Shown: positions 9,601-15,852, counted from the stretch's first letter. The stretch: DNA of 24,696 nucleotides from a virus (IMGVR_UViG_3300017911_002232:1-24696), one strand, 5' to 3'. The notes: generated from the letters alone by a model not told the origin. Numbers and translations are program-made.

Positions 9601-11930
9601 GCTTCCGTGACCAATATGCCGGAACTATTCGCGGTTATGTTTATGCTGATAGTTCAAATAACGTTGGTATTCTAAACAGCGGTGGCAGCTGGCGTATGAG
9701 AATCGTGAATGCTGACTGGGGTCTATTTGATGGATCTTCAGTACGTGCACAGATTTTCTACGATTCAAACAACACAACATATCGCTTTAACGGTTCATCA
9801 AGATACGATACAAACTTCGATGGTATCAATAACCGTGCTAAAGCAACTATGGGTCTAACAGGCCAGACAAGATCTTCTGCTCAAGACTACGGTCACAGAC
9901 CAAGATGGACTAGTGACGGTAACTACTGGACTGGTGTTTATGGCTGGAGTAGAGTTGACATGAACTCAGTTGCAAACTGGGGTTCAGGCTTCTTTGATAC
10001 TTGGTCTAACCCAGCCAACCAACCAGGTGGTACTTCCCACTGGGTTGGCACACAAGTATATCACTATACAAACGGTGGCAACCGTTACGGTTGGCAGCTC
10101 GCCGGTGGCCCAATTAGTAACCTTCGTTTCCGCAACTCTTGGGCAGGATTCTCAAGCTGGAAAACAGTCCCAATCTTAGATGCTAACAGTGGTAATGGCG
10201 GCGCGATGTATGCCGGTATTTACTACGATTCAAACAATACTGGTTACTACTGTGATCCATCTAACTTTTCGAACTTCAACTCTGGCGTTCGTGCAAACGA
10301 ATTCTATGCGCGTAACTGGTTCCGTAACGATAACTCTGGCGAAGGTCTCTATAACCAGGCAACTGGCCAGCACTTCTATTCTGATAACGACGACTATTGG
10401 AACGTAGCTGGCGGTGGTAGTGCCAACGCCATCAGAATGCGTGACCAATATGCTGGTTCAGTTCGTGGCTACTTCTATGCTGACTCATCGAATAACGTTG
10501 GTATTTTGAACAATGGCGGTTCTTGGAGAATCAGAGTTGTTAATGCCGACTATACATTAATTAACGGCTCATCTATCCGAGCACCAATTTTCTACGATTC
10601 CAATAATACTGCGTATTATTTCAACGGTGCATCTGGACACAGCACAAGATTTGAAGGTGCCAACAACCGTACAATGGCATGGTTAGGACAGCCAGGTCAC
10701 ACAAGAGATAGTGGTGAATACTATCGTGCACGTCCTCGTATCACAGGCGATACAAACTACTGGACTGGTGCATATGGTTGGGGTCGTTTGGATATGACTA
10801 ACTCTGTGGCTGACTGGGGATCAGGCTTTATTGATTCTTGGTCTAACCCGGCAAACCAGCCATCAGGCACATCACACTGGGTTGGTATTCAGTCATATCA
10901 CTATTCAAATGGTAGCTCAAGATATGGTTGGCAGATGGTTGGTGGACCTATCACTAACTTGCGCTTCCGTTCAACTTGGGGTGGCTTCCGTAGCTGGCGT
11001 ACTATTCCGGTACTTGACGAAAACAGCGGCAATGGCGGTTCAATGTATGCTGGTCGTTATTATGATAGTAACAACACTTCTTACTACACGGATCCAGCAT
11101 CTAACTCAAGAATGAACGGCGTTTTGGCCAACCGAGTATATCCATGTTACGATAACAACTCTGGAGTATACTTCGACTATCCAGGAAGTAACTACGGTTC
11201 AGTTGCTATCTTTGGTGGTGGTAGATCTGGCTGGGAAGGCTACTCAATCAACAACAGACACAACTTGATGTCAGCAGACTCTAACCAAGTTGGTATCTAT
11301 AACGATGTTGATAATGAGTGGATGCTTTATGCTTTACGTAATTCGCACGTATATCTATACTTTAACGGCCAGTGGGAAGCACGTACTGACTCGGGTTATT
11401 TCCGCGTAGAAAGATCTTGCAGATCTCCTCTATTCTACGACTTAAACAATACTTTCTATTACACAAACCCAGCATCAACATCACGTATGAATGCAATACA
11501 GTGTTATGGTGTAATTCAATCTGATGAAGATATTCGTGCATACGTAAACTATTCAGATATTCGCTGGAAGAAAAATGTTAAGCGCATTGAGAATCCATTA
11601 GAAAAACTCATGACTCTTGACGGTATTACATATAACTATATCGACAAAGAAGGCGAATATACTGGTGTTGTAGCCCAACAAGTTGAAAAGGTTCTTCCTG
11701 GCGTTGTTGTAGATGCCGAAGATATGAAGACCGGCAAAGAACGTAAATCAGTTCGTTACGGCAATATGGTCGGTCTGCTTATCGAAGCTACAAAAGAACA
11801 ACAAGGTCAGATTGAAGCACAACAAGAAACAATAAATAAACAACAAGAACAGTTGGATAACCAACAGGAAACTATTGACAGACTCGAAAAAATGGTTAAA
11901 ATGTTAGTAGGGCAGTTAGATAATAAATAA
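690..11930 (+). CDS. Giant tail fibre / receptor-binding adhesin with C-terminal intramolecular chaperone (Peptidase S74)
   Basis: Uninterrupted ~3,746-aa G/N/S/T/Y/D-rich ORF with fibre motifs (GSGLDADLLDG), many internal repeats, a C-terminal SDIRWKKN...GVVAQQVEKVLP...VRYGNMVGLLIEATKE and a coiled coil. ATG690 is preferred to GTG681 because GGAGA at 676-680 gives normal Shine-Dalgarno spacing. Confidence 0.9.
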   Translation: MANNKKFIVKNGLLTSENVVIGDTLDRSTGRLQVRHDSGSDAARFDGRVVFDHDTISQAAIDVTNDGGTNAIIASFNGSSGGDLRLTSIGAGDYFLFQSNQNNGIKFFDGNDGLQFLYSNSVKFEIDSGGADFKIGPTVNGEDIWYEGNDGSGSGLDADLLDGLDSLQFLRSDEDDTMNGSLTITGDLTVNGNTTYVNTEQLLVSDNIFTLNADYTSGAPTENAGMEIRRGDEANSSIIWDETNDWWKLISADTDLGRIITTADEGSGNGFDADTVDGLEASQFLRSDADDIATGDITFDGDIIIDQQIIHKGDTNTYLDFNAADSFQVVTGGTARLTVANASVTSAVNLIAPRLLDSSDNSYLVDPAGTSVVNNIDLEGQIRHNGDTDTYINFAADILDVYTGGSQRLRVNNTNATFYYDVQADRFVDRQNSAYYANPALSSVFNTLGLDSTLFHNGDENTRLAFNPGEINFYTSSAGGERLSIEDTAARFSVNVYAPVYYDSNNNTYYGDFNSTSVMNSINIDDYIRHNGNTTTYFGFPSLSNTFRIYTNNIQRFNIDNDSADFAVNVYAPRYYDSNNTNYYADPAGDSQMNTIDIDDYIRHRGDLNTYFGFHTNDGIRFYTGGGNRLTIDTDSADFNVNVYAPRYYDSNNGSYYLDPAGTSILNDINIDDYIRHNGDTNTYIGFAGNDQFGIWTGGTQRVIVNSSGNVGIGTTSPSRLQYGSVDPRLHVSGVDTNGSYNLVARFEAGNDADNTGAAVLINHSNDRGLLIEAGRQSSDRGVAYFGVVQSNGTNNRVLSMLQDGTATRAGIHKDSPTAALSIQTSGTMGNNPFASSNLLMDFGDAGTVDFSIRGTASAREAWFVSDADSDFVFSDSGASVALGIKTGTGEVVVGDQSPTYASSDATPVVGSITSNKLHVNGSIQLNGNNDAIVFGRGTSSFLKDEELGFGWGGGLYMTDATYLRIRGNKAVYSTGDYYGGRFYAQASTGYYLDPDSTSVLNRIGINDRIFHNGDTDTYMEFDAANNFRIVTGNSERLDINNTRVLANNQMHSPIFYDSNNTAYYGDFNNTSQMSRIDIDDYIRHRGDTNTYIGFDANDKFRVVAAGTERLAVRASDVRVRNKLYVYGAQADTADAALFQSNANGDGVSIKMSDQNSGENVAPTQSGDIQFYHVDNAISSGANAAFRFRTSEPISHFVFASNASVGASTAAAYPAIVPDVNNVGYLGLSNRRWQNIYGGAGNFSGNLTAANMYANVYYDANNNSYYGDFASTSIMNTVRVNRLQIDGSTYFIDSSSSTYGSIRVEGQKSGWAGYAIYDDWVFMSSGASRAGIYNDTRNEWSMQAADNSWTRLYANGAHQISAENGYGYAPNQMRSPIYYDSNNTSYFLNPAAGNTNRALRINGRIYRDGFASGNGDNNKLLETQDYTHWIWNTATNWGIFWAGNDNAAYRHFSSTNPNELVFVGSGNVRASIDLDNGNAYFGGEVSADNFVIDGGNENITLNKAYSRGAADETIFDGTSYFEKRVTRALQGNESGVTTNTSEYVKSSNAPGGSSYILRTSGYRTFYSDYIEVEPGEELFGEIHARYVSGSGGVLYYGIERFDKDKRPIAGNTGTTYFVASNVNVSSTSWTTYRGHTTIPTSHTVYNGSDGGGVRYVRLRILYNYASGGALREFTMPILKRVNYHSRIRTDYEVYASRYYDVNNTAYYVDPASTSKMATVDANIFRDRNNTARYVDPASGASVSGTWNYNNSTIDNVNNLVFNDPGPSEGLRWDGGNRWQIYESPDNLSTDAAGNLQFTSGNGNGTMRFRVSSNGDIRAGRYVYGSRFVDTNDGNRYLDPNGSSFLGTVTLDRLNMRDRGDFITFYGDDSTNHSITSRNTAGGTSDDLRFNSYNNFLFNADSNNNNGNGSGIYLGQHGGSSSAILNTWAFQARNDGVTQASASLRAPIFYDSNDTGYYVNPNGTSRMEKIRFEGSDEAIEINGTNPYIRWMESGTDRFYIQWRGAENAPLFRNQQGDNFDFMPDATTGAVALRLMGSDNDIWGYVYAADDQDIGFLDDQGNWAIRHNRDSWTYFYINNSLRAYVDTGSFQHVTSIRTPIYYDRNNTAYYGDFASNSRMNQVTLNTLSWNDGYDMYDTDGDTIYLRSNNNDHGELIFADSDSYACGRIYWDDDNHWGFRTGQENEWSIYMERNARTILYYNGGQQARTQNGYFEANNQLRTPIFYDSNDTGFYANPNGSSRFRDLQVLGVINTPGVTGYANRLLRRDNRTISPSEDPAGQLTFGFTSWNNNNTSPYADYLHLRSYTDATGGSDNLLMFRKSGRGMRLWQQTWGSGTAYSSYSEFVLYNANPGSGNNLYASIFYDADNTGYRGDFNGTSRMNRIDVNEIRYVSGAPAYFYTSSGNLRGYIRATESNDSHFEFATSGNEDMIFRDGGFGGSWNQIIRGNGHVLTANRHDSPIYYDRNNTFYYGDFASTNRFNATDNYGLVRFFRRGNDTGGSWSYAPSGSRVREYLQNTTAEFHSGNDQPITLYFRSGVNAPSDFGYITFDPDYNNSGEQAAMVIGVENDGTGSSDYIRLQGRTWIDSDAISSDNTEIARWLYRGSTYGILNTDYFTHTSDIRTPIFYDSNNTSYYADIASTSRFNNLRANYFTNDGSVSSNDNFGLYWDSGRSTAYAIYREAGSWVYRYPDLRIAFHTGIKFGANSGYNGMRFYDDYTMSYLVMSVNDDQTSGNRNVYVRNRLDAAGQFRTPIIYDRNNTGYYWNGDGTSRMYQIRVPYRIHIGDESNLYNAVLQETRRPEVTIKGQYPQLNIMSSEINNGTHGPTVRWVAYDTANASSGNFKHWVAGIAGTNATRFSIGYSPNNTNPHYGIGRWSSGNNNAIMWIETNRHVYFENFVYATRFYDRNNTGYYVDPSDFSNLNTGVRANEFYARNWFRNDQSGEGLYNQSTGQHWYSDNDDYWNVAGGGGANGIRFRDQYAGTIRGYVYADSSNNVGILNSGGSWRMRIVNADWGLFDGSSVRAQIFYDSNNTTYRFNGSSRYDTNFDGINNRAKATMGLTGQTRSSAQDYGHRPRWTSDGNYWTGVYGWSRVDMNSVANWGSGFFDTWSNPANQPGGTSHWVGTQVYHYTNGGNRYGWQLAGGPISNLRFRNSWAGFSSWKTVPILDANSGNGGAMYAGIYYDSNNTGYYCDPSNFSNFNSGVRANEFYARNWFRNDNSGEGLYNQATGQHFYSDNDDYWNVAGGGSANAIRMRDQYAGSVRGYFYADSSNNVGILNNGGSWRIRVVNADYTLINGSSIRAPIFYDSNNTAYYFNGASGHSTRFEGANNRTMAWLGQPGHTRDSGEYYRARPRITGDTNYWTGAYGWGRLDMTNSVADWGSGFIDSWSNPANQPSGTSHWVGIQSYHYSNGSSRYGWQMVGGPITNLRFRSTWGGFRSWRTIPVLDENSGNGGSMYAGRYYDSNNTSYYTDPASNSRMNGVLANRVYPCYDNNSGVYFDYPGSNYGSVAIFGGGRSGWEGYSINNRHNLMSADSNQVGIYNDVDNEWMLYALRNSHVYLYFNGQWEARTDSGYFRVERSCRSPLFYDLNNTFYYTNPASTSRMNAIQCYGVIQSDEDIRAYVNYSDIRWKKNVKRIENPLEKLMTLDGITYNYIDKEGEYTGVVAQQVEKVLPGVVVDAEDMKTGKERKSVRYGNMVGLLIEATKEQQGQIEAQQETINKQQEQLDNQQETIDRLEKMVKMLVGQLDNK
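1131..1562 (+). repeat. Two copies of the fibre motif G[SN]G[LF]DAD[LT][LV]DGL..[SL]QFLRSD.DD
   Basis: GNDGSGSGLDADLLDGLDSLQFLRSDEDD (1131-1217) and ADEGSGNGFDADTVDGLEASQFLRSDADD (1476-1562). Confidence 0.9.
1600..2810 (+). repeat. Six tandem ~73-aa coding repeats (..H[NRK]G[DN]..T...F..R...YD.NN..YY.DP...S..N)
   Basis: The His codon of HxG[DN] recurs at 1620, 1839, 2055, 2277, 2499 and 2718 (spacing 216-222 nt); two more copies lie at 3723 and 3942. Confidence 0.92.
9390..11060 (+). repeat. Tandem duplication of a 278/279-aa block within the fibre gene
   Basis: Copy 1 is 9390-10223 and copy 2 is 10224-11060. Shared strings include GVRANEFYARNWFRND.SGEGLYNQ.TGQH.YSDNDDYWNVAGGG, WSNPANQP.GTSHWVG and RYGWQ..GGPI.NLRFR; the offset is 834 nt. 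Confidence 0.95.
11553..11930 (+). other. Peptidase S74 auto-cleaving chaperone domain plus terminal coiled coil
   Basis: S-D-x-R-x-K (SDIRWK) Ser/Lys motif, G[VL]xAQ motif, Y..[LM]..LLIEA.KE motif and heptad-like EQQGQIEAQQETINKQQEQLDNQQETIDRLE. Confidence 0.9.
11922..11929 (+). promoter_or_regulatory. Candidate late promoter AATAAATA overlapping the fibre stop codon
   Basis: The same TAATAAATA context occurs before gp13 and gp19; it lies ~35 nt upstream of ATG11965, which has a GGAG RBS. Confidence 0.5.
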
Positions 11931-11964
11931 CCTTGTAATTTGAAACTAAAACGGAGATAAACAA

Positions 11965-12369
11965 ATGTCTTGGACTTACACTTGGGAAATTGAACGTCTT
12001 AAAGTAAAAGACGAAGTAAATAATGATGGTGTTACTCTACGCAACGCGGTCTGTAACACATACTGGAAAATCACTGGCACAAACTCAGATGGCGACTCAG
12101 CTAGCTGGTCAGGTGCTACACCTTTTTCTGCGGCTGCAGTAGGTGAAGATGATTTTTCGGATTTTGCTGATTTAACAGAAACAGAAGTAATCGGTTGGGT
12201 TCGCAACGTAGTAGAAAATGATGCTGGCTACATGGCTCACATTAACGAGCAATTGCAGAAACAAATCGATCTTGAGAACGAAGAAGAAATCGATACAGAA
12301 GGTCTTCCTTGGGCGTCAAATACTTCGGTTACTCCAACACCATCTACGGCTAATACGGAAACAACCTAA
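11965..12369 (+). CDS. Small acidic fibre-associated protein (hypothetical; possible fibre assembly/tip protein)
   Basis: RBS cggaga; motif TYTW.I..L...V....W...G...F.DFADLTE..VIGWV, a type recalled downstream of S74-bearing fibres. Confidence 0.75.
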   Translation: MSWTYTWEIERLKVKDEVNNDGVTLRNAVCNTYWKITGTNSDGDSASWSGATPFSAAAVGEDDFSDFADLTETEVIGWVRNVVENDAGYMAHINEQLQKQIDLENEEEIDTEGLPWASNTSVTPTPSTANTETT

Positions 12370-12698
12370 TGTCATTAACTTACACATGGTCGATTGTCAA
12401 AGTTGGCACACGGGATCAGGTAAACTCCAGCAATGAAGTTTTATCTGATGCCATCGTCTATGTGCAATGGAAAAAAGTCGGCGTAGACAACTTAGATAAT
12501 AGAGCCACATATGTTGGTGAAACTGAGTTGTCGGCCGAAAATGTTTCGGCTTCTGATTTTACATCCTACGATGACGTAACTAACTCAACTATTATTGATT
12601 GGTTAGAAGCTACGATTACCGACGCACAAATGACGAAGATTGATAACGTGATTGCTAAAAAGATTTCACAACAAGCAATTACAATGAGAGATCGCTAA
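12369..12698 (+). CDS. Small fibre-associated protein, paralogue of the preceding ORF
   Basis: TAATG stop/start overlap; MSLTYTWSI..V..RDQVN...V.WK..G...DFTSYDDVT...II.W aligns by eye with the preceding ORF. Confidence 0.75.
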   Translation: MSLTYTWSIVKVGTRDQVNSSNEVLSDAIVYVQWKKVGVDNLDNRATYVGETELSAENVSASDFTSYDDVTNSTIIDWLEATITDAQMTKIDNVIAKKISQQAITMRDR

Positions 12699-12735
12699 GC
12701 AGTCTCTTTTGAAATGACTATAGTATGGAGGACCA

Positions 12736-13773
12736 ATGCACGATTTGCATATGGGTGGGTTGACTACATATGCCCTTAGAAGGGGTGGATCCCTACACCC
12801 GATCATTATACCAAAAGAAGTTGCCGGCAACGAACAAGGAATGATGAATCCTTCTGTGTTTGTTCACAACGGAAAAGTCTTAGTGAACTGCCGGCACATC
12901 AACTATATTCTCTATCATTCAGAATGCAAAAAGTTTCCACATCAGTGGGGGCCTTTGGTTTATGTACACCCTCAAAATGATATCGCTCTTAAAACAACTA
13001 ACATTATTGCTGAGTTTGATGAAAACTTAAACTTAGTAAATGCAGGTAGAGTTGACACATCAGACTTTGATACTGAACCTACATGGAATTTTATCGGCCT
13101 TGAAGATGCTCGATTATTTGAGTGGGAAGGTCGTTTATTTTTATGCGGTGTTCGTAGAGATTGCTATAACGATAAAGGCAAAGGCCGCATGGAAATGGCT
13201 GAAGTTGAATTTATCGATGGCCGTTGGAGAGAAGTTTCACGTAATCCTATCCCTGCGCCAAATGGCGATACAAGTTATTGCGAAAAGAATTGGATGCCAG
13301 TTTTAGATGAGCCTTATCATTTCGTAAAATGGTCTAACCCAACACAAGTTGCAAAGTTTAATATTGAAGATGGAACGTGTGAAGATGCGGTTTTAGACCG
13401 AGATAAGGTTTACGATTTTGATCATGACATGAGAGGCGGCTCACAGGTCATTCGTATTAACGAAAACCAACGAATGGCATTTATTCACGAAACAAGCTTA
13501 TATCGAGATCCATTTGGTCGTAAAGATGGAAGTTATCAACACCGAGTAGTTGTATGGGATAATGATTGGAATATAGTTCATAGATCTCAGCCATTTTATT
13601 TTATGGGCAATGCTCACGATCATGTAAAAGCAATTGATTACACAGTAGAGTTTGCTGTTGGTGCTGCCTTCTATAAAAACGACATTCTAATATCGTTTGG
13701 ATTGCAAGACAATTGCTCATATATATTACGTATGCCGCAAGATGTGTTTATGAAGTTTTTGAGAGGTGAGTGA
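12736..13773 (+). CDS. Predicted five-bladed beta-propeller glycosidase/glycoside phosphorylase-like protein (GH130-like)
   Basis: GGAGG RBS; ordered motifs MNPSV, GLEDARL, CEKNWMP, RGGSQ, VEFAVG, ISFG..D resemble GH130-related propellers. Confidence 0.6.
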   Translation: MHDLHMGGLTTYALRRGGSLHPIIIPKEVAGNEQGMMNPSVFVHNGKVLVNCRHINYILYHSECKKFPHQWGPLVYVHPQNDIALKTTNIIAEFDENLNLVNAGRVDTSDFDTEPTWNFIGLEDARLFEWEGRLFLCGVRRDCYNDKGKGRMEMAEVEFIDGRWREVSRNPIPAPNGDTSYCEKNWMPVLDEPYHFVKWSNPTQVAKFNIEDGTCEDAVLDRDKVYDFDHDMRGGSQVIRINENQRMAFIHETSLYRDPFGRKDGSYQHRVVVWDNDWNIVHRSQPFYFMGNAHDHVKAIDYTVEFAVGAAFYKNDILISFGLQDNCSYILRMPQDVFMKFLRGE

Positions 13774-15002
13774 TGATTCAGCAGCTTTTACATGATGTAG
13801 TTTTAGATCATCAAAATCCATTTAAGTTATATAAGCTAGCTCGAGAATATGATCGGTTAGATCAGGGTGCAGGAGCTGCAACGTTCTATATGAGAGCGGC
13901 CGAGTGGAATAACGAAGATACTTTTGAAGAAATTTGGATTCAGTACAAATCTCTTATTCTTATGGCAATGGTTTACCACCGAGAAGGTAATCGCGATATG
14001 ACTGTTCGTGGTTTACTACAACATGCGATTACAGTTTTACCTGATTATCCTCATGCTTATTTCATATATTCACAATGGCTTGCAGATCGTCATGAATGGC
14101 GCGATGCTTTGACATATTCTACTCAAGGCCTTGCGGCACCGATGATGTGCGAACCTTCTCCTGATGAAGATTTAGATTATCCAGGTGAGTGGGGATTGCA
14201 ATTTGTACATGCAATATCTAAATGGAAAACAGATGGATCTGACAGATCGCGTAGTTTACTTTTTGATTTTAAGTACAAAACAAACCATACAAAAGAATAT
14301 GATAAGTACATAGATACATGGATTGACCAAGCTGGTTATCCTAGTACAATTCCATTTTTAGCTAAAGAAAAAGACCAATATAAGTTCCCGTTTCCTGGCA
14401 TTGAAAACATTGAAAGAAACTATTCTCGGCATTTTCAAGACATGTTTGTGCTATCTATATTGAATGGTAAAAGAGCTGGGACGTTTATTGAGATCGGCTC
14501 GGGTGATCCATATAAGTTTAATAACACGGCTTTACTTGAAGATTCGTTTGATTGGACTGGCATAAATATTGATAACAATGAACGCTTTTGTTATCAGCAT
14601 TCGCGAAAACGCAAATCGCAAATCTTACAAGCCGAAGCACAAAACATAGACTACGATCTATTCTTTAAAATGAATTGTGTTGAGCAGCATACTGATTTCT
14701 TACGTATTAATGCTGAAGGCGCGTCATACGAAGTGCTTAAAAAGATACCATTTAATAAACACGAGTTTATGGTAATTCAATTCCAGCATAACGCATGTTG
14801 GTGGGGTCCAGAATTACGAAATGAGTCTAGAAAAATATTGAGTGAAATTGGTTATGTTTGCCTAGTTCCAGATGTTGCGGTTTCTCCTACTGAAAACTAT
14901 GAAGATTGGTGGGTTCATCCACATATTGCCAAAGGTAGAAGAAATATGGCAGGTAAAACAAACGAAGTAAATTTTGCTTATGATTATGCAGTGAGAGGAT
15001 AA
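13773..15002 (+). CDS. TPR-like helical domain fused to an FkbM-like SAM-dependent methyltransferase
   Basis: TGATG coupling with the upstream gene. The N-half is helical with TPR-like LYKLAREY...AATFYMRAAE and AITVLPDYPHAY. The C-half has YSRHFQDMFV...GTFIEIGSGDP...NNTALLE..FDWTGINID and YEDWWVHP, typical of FkbM-like proteins. Confidence 0.7.
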   Translation: MIQQLLHDVVLDHQNPFKLYKLAREYDRLDQGAGAATFYMRAAEWNNEDTFEEIWIQYKSLILMAMVYHREGNRDMTVRGLLQHAITVLPDYPHAYFIYSQWLADRHEWRDALTYSTQGLAAPMMCEPSPDEDLDYPGEWGLQFVHAISKWKTDGSDRSRSLLFDFKYKTNHTKEYDKYIDTWIDQAGYPSTIPFLAKEKDQYKFPFPGIENIERNYSRHFQDMFVLSILNGKRAGTFIEIGSGDPYKFNNTALLEDSFDWTGINIDNNERFCYQHSRKRKSQILQAEAQNIDYDLFFKMNCVEQHTDFLRINAEGASYEVLKKIPFNKHEFMVIQFQHNACWWGPELRNESRKILSEIGYVCLVPDVAVSPTENYEDWWVHPHIAKGRRNMAGKTNEVNFAYDYAVRG

Positions 15003-15006
15003 ACAA

Positions 15007-15774
15007 ATGGGAATGAAAGTAGTAATTGTAACTGGCGGATTTGATCCTTTACATTCAGGCCATCTTGCTTATTTTAGAGAAGCAAAAGCTTTAGGTGATA
15101 TTCTATGTGTTGGTTTAAACAGTGACGATTGGCTTACGCGTAAAAAGGGTCGTCCTTTTATGCCATTTACTGAAAGATTAGAAATTGTAAGAAATCTTAA
15201 AGATGTAGGATATGCATTTGGTTTTAATGATGACGATGGCTCTGCAATTAAAGGCATTGAACATATCATTGATTACTTTCCAAGAAATTCAGAATTTATT
15301 TTTGCAAATGGTGGCGATAGAACAAAAGATAACATTCCTGAAATGTCTATCGGCGCGCATAACTTAAAGTTTGTGTTTGGTGTGGGTGGAGAAGATAAAA
15401 AGAATAGTTCTTCATGGATTCTATCCGAATGGGACAAACCTACTACTGAAAGACTGTGGGGAAAATATAGAGAGCTAGATACAAATGGCCATTGGAAAGT
15501 AAAAGAGTTATCTATTGATCCATATAAATCTTTGTCAGATCAACGCCACTTTGAAAGATCTGAGCATTGGCATATTGTACACGGTAATCTGCAAATGGAT
15601 TTAGAATTTGCCAACGAATACAAAACTTCTAAGGTTTATAAAACTGGTGAAAGTATTGATATTCCAAAACGAGCGTGGCATAAAGCTACAAACGTGGGAT
15701 CTTCACCATGTAAAGTAATTGAAGTTTGGATGGGAAGTACTCTTTCCGAAGATGATATTGAAAGAAGAGACTAA
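15007..15774 (+). CDS. Bifunctional cytidylyltransferase-like (HxGH; RfaE/TagD-type) + cupin mannose-6-phosphate-isomerase-like protein
   Basis: TGGFDPLHSGH, VGLNSDDWLTRKKGRPF, FANGGDR, K.NSSS in the N-domain; ERLWGKY...KVKEL...LSDQRHFERSEHW...H....IEVW.G..LSEDDIER matches the ManC-type C-terminal cupin. Confidence 0.85.
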   Translation: MGMKVVIVTGGFDPLHSGHLAYFREAKALGDILCVGLNSDDWLTRKKGRPFMPFTERLEIVRNLKDVGYAFGFNDDDGSAIKGIEHIIDYFPRNSEFIFANGGDRTKDNIPEMSIGAHNLKFVFGVGGEDKKNSSSWILSEWDKPTTERLWGKYRELDTNGHWKVKELSIDPYKSLSDQRHFERSEHWHIVHGNLQMDLEFANEYKTSKVYKTGESIDIPKRAWHKATNVGSSPCKVIEVWMGSTLSEDDIERRD

Positions 15775-15797
15775 TTGTTTTGTTGTTGATAAATCTA

Positions 15798-15825
15798 ATT
15801 ATAACGTAGTCTCGCTCGCTGTCAA
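15798..15825 (-). promoter_or_regulatory. Consensus sigma70/early-type promoter on the minus strand (TTGACA-N16-TATAAT)
   Basis: + strand ATTATA (15798-15803) and TGTCAA (15820-15825) read on the minus strand as AAAATGG-TTGACA-gcgagcgagactacgt-TATAAT. Confidence 0.75.
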
Positions 15826-15852
15826 CCATTTTCTGAGTCCTATTTGCAATCT

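Noticed and set aside
9390-11060. Diversity-generating retroelement TR/VR pair
   Set aside because: Both copies are in-frame parts of one gene, differences are not restricted to adenines, and no reverse transcriptase is present in the window.
690-11930. Invertase/shufflon-type fibre switching
   Set aside because: No recombinase gene, no inverted alternative C-termini and no evident inverted crossover sites were seen; all modules are direct and in frame.
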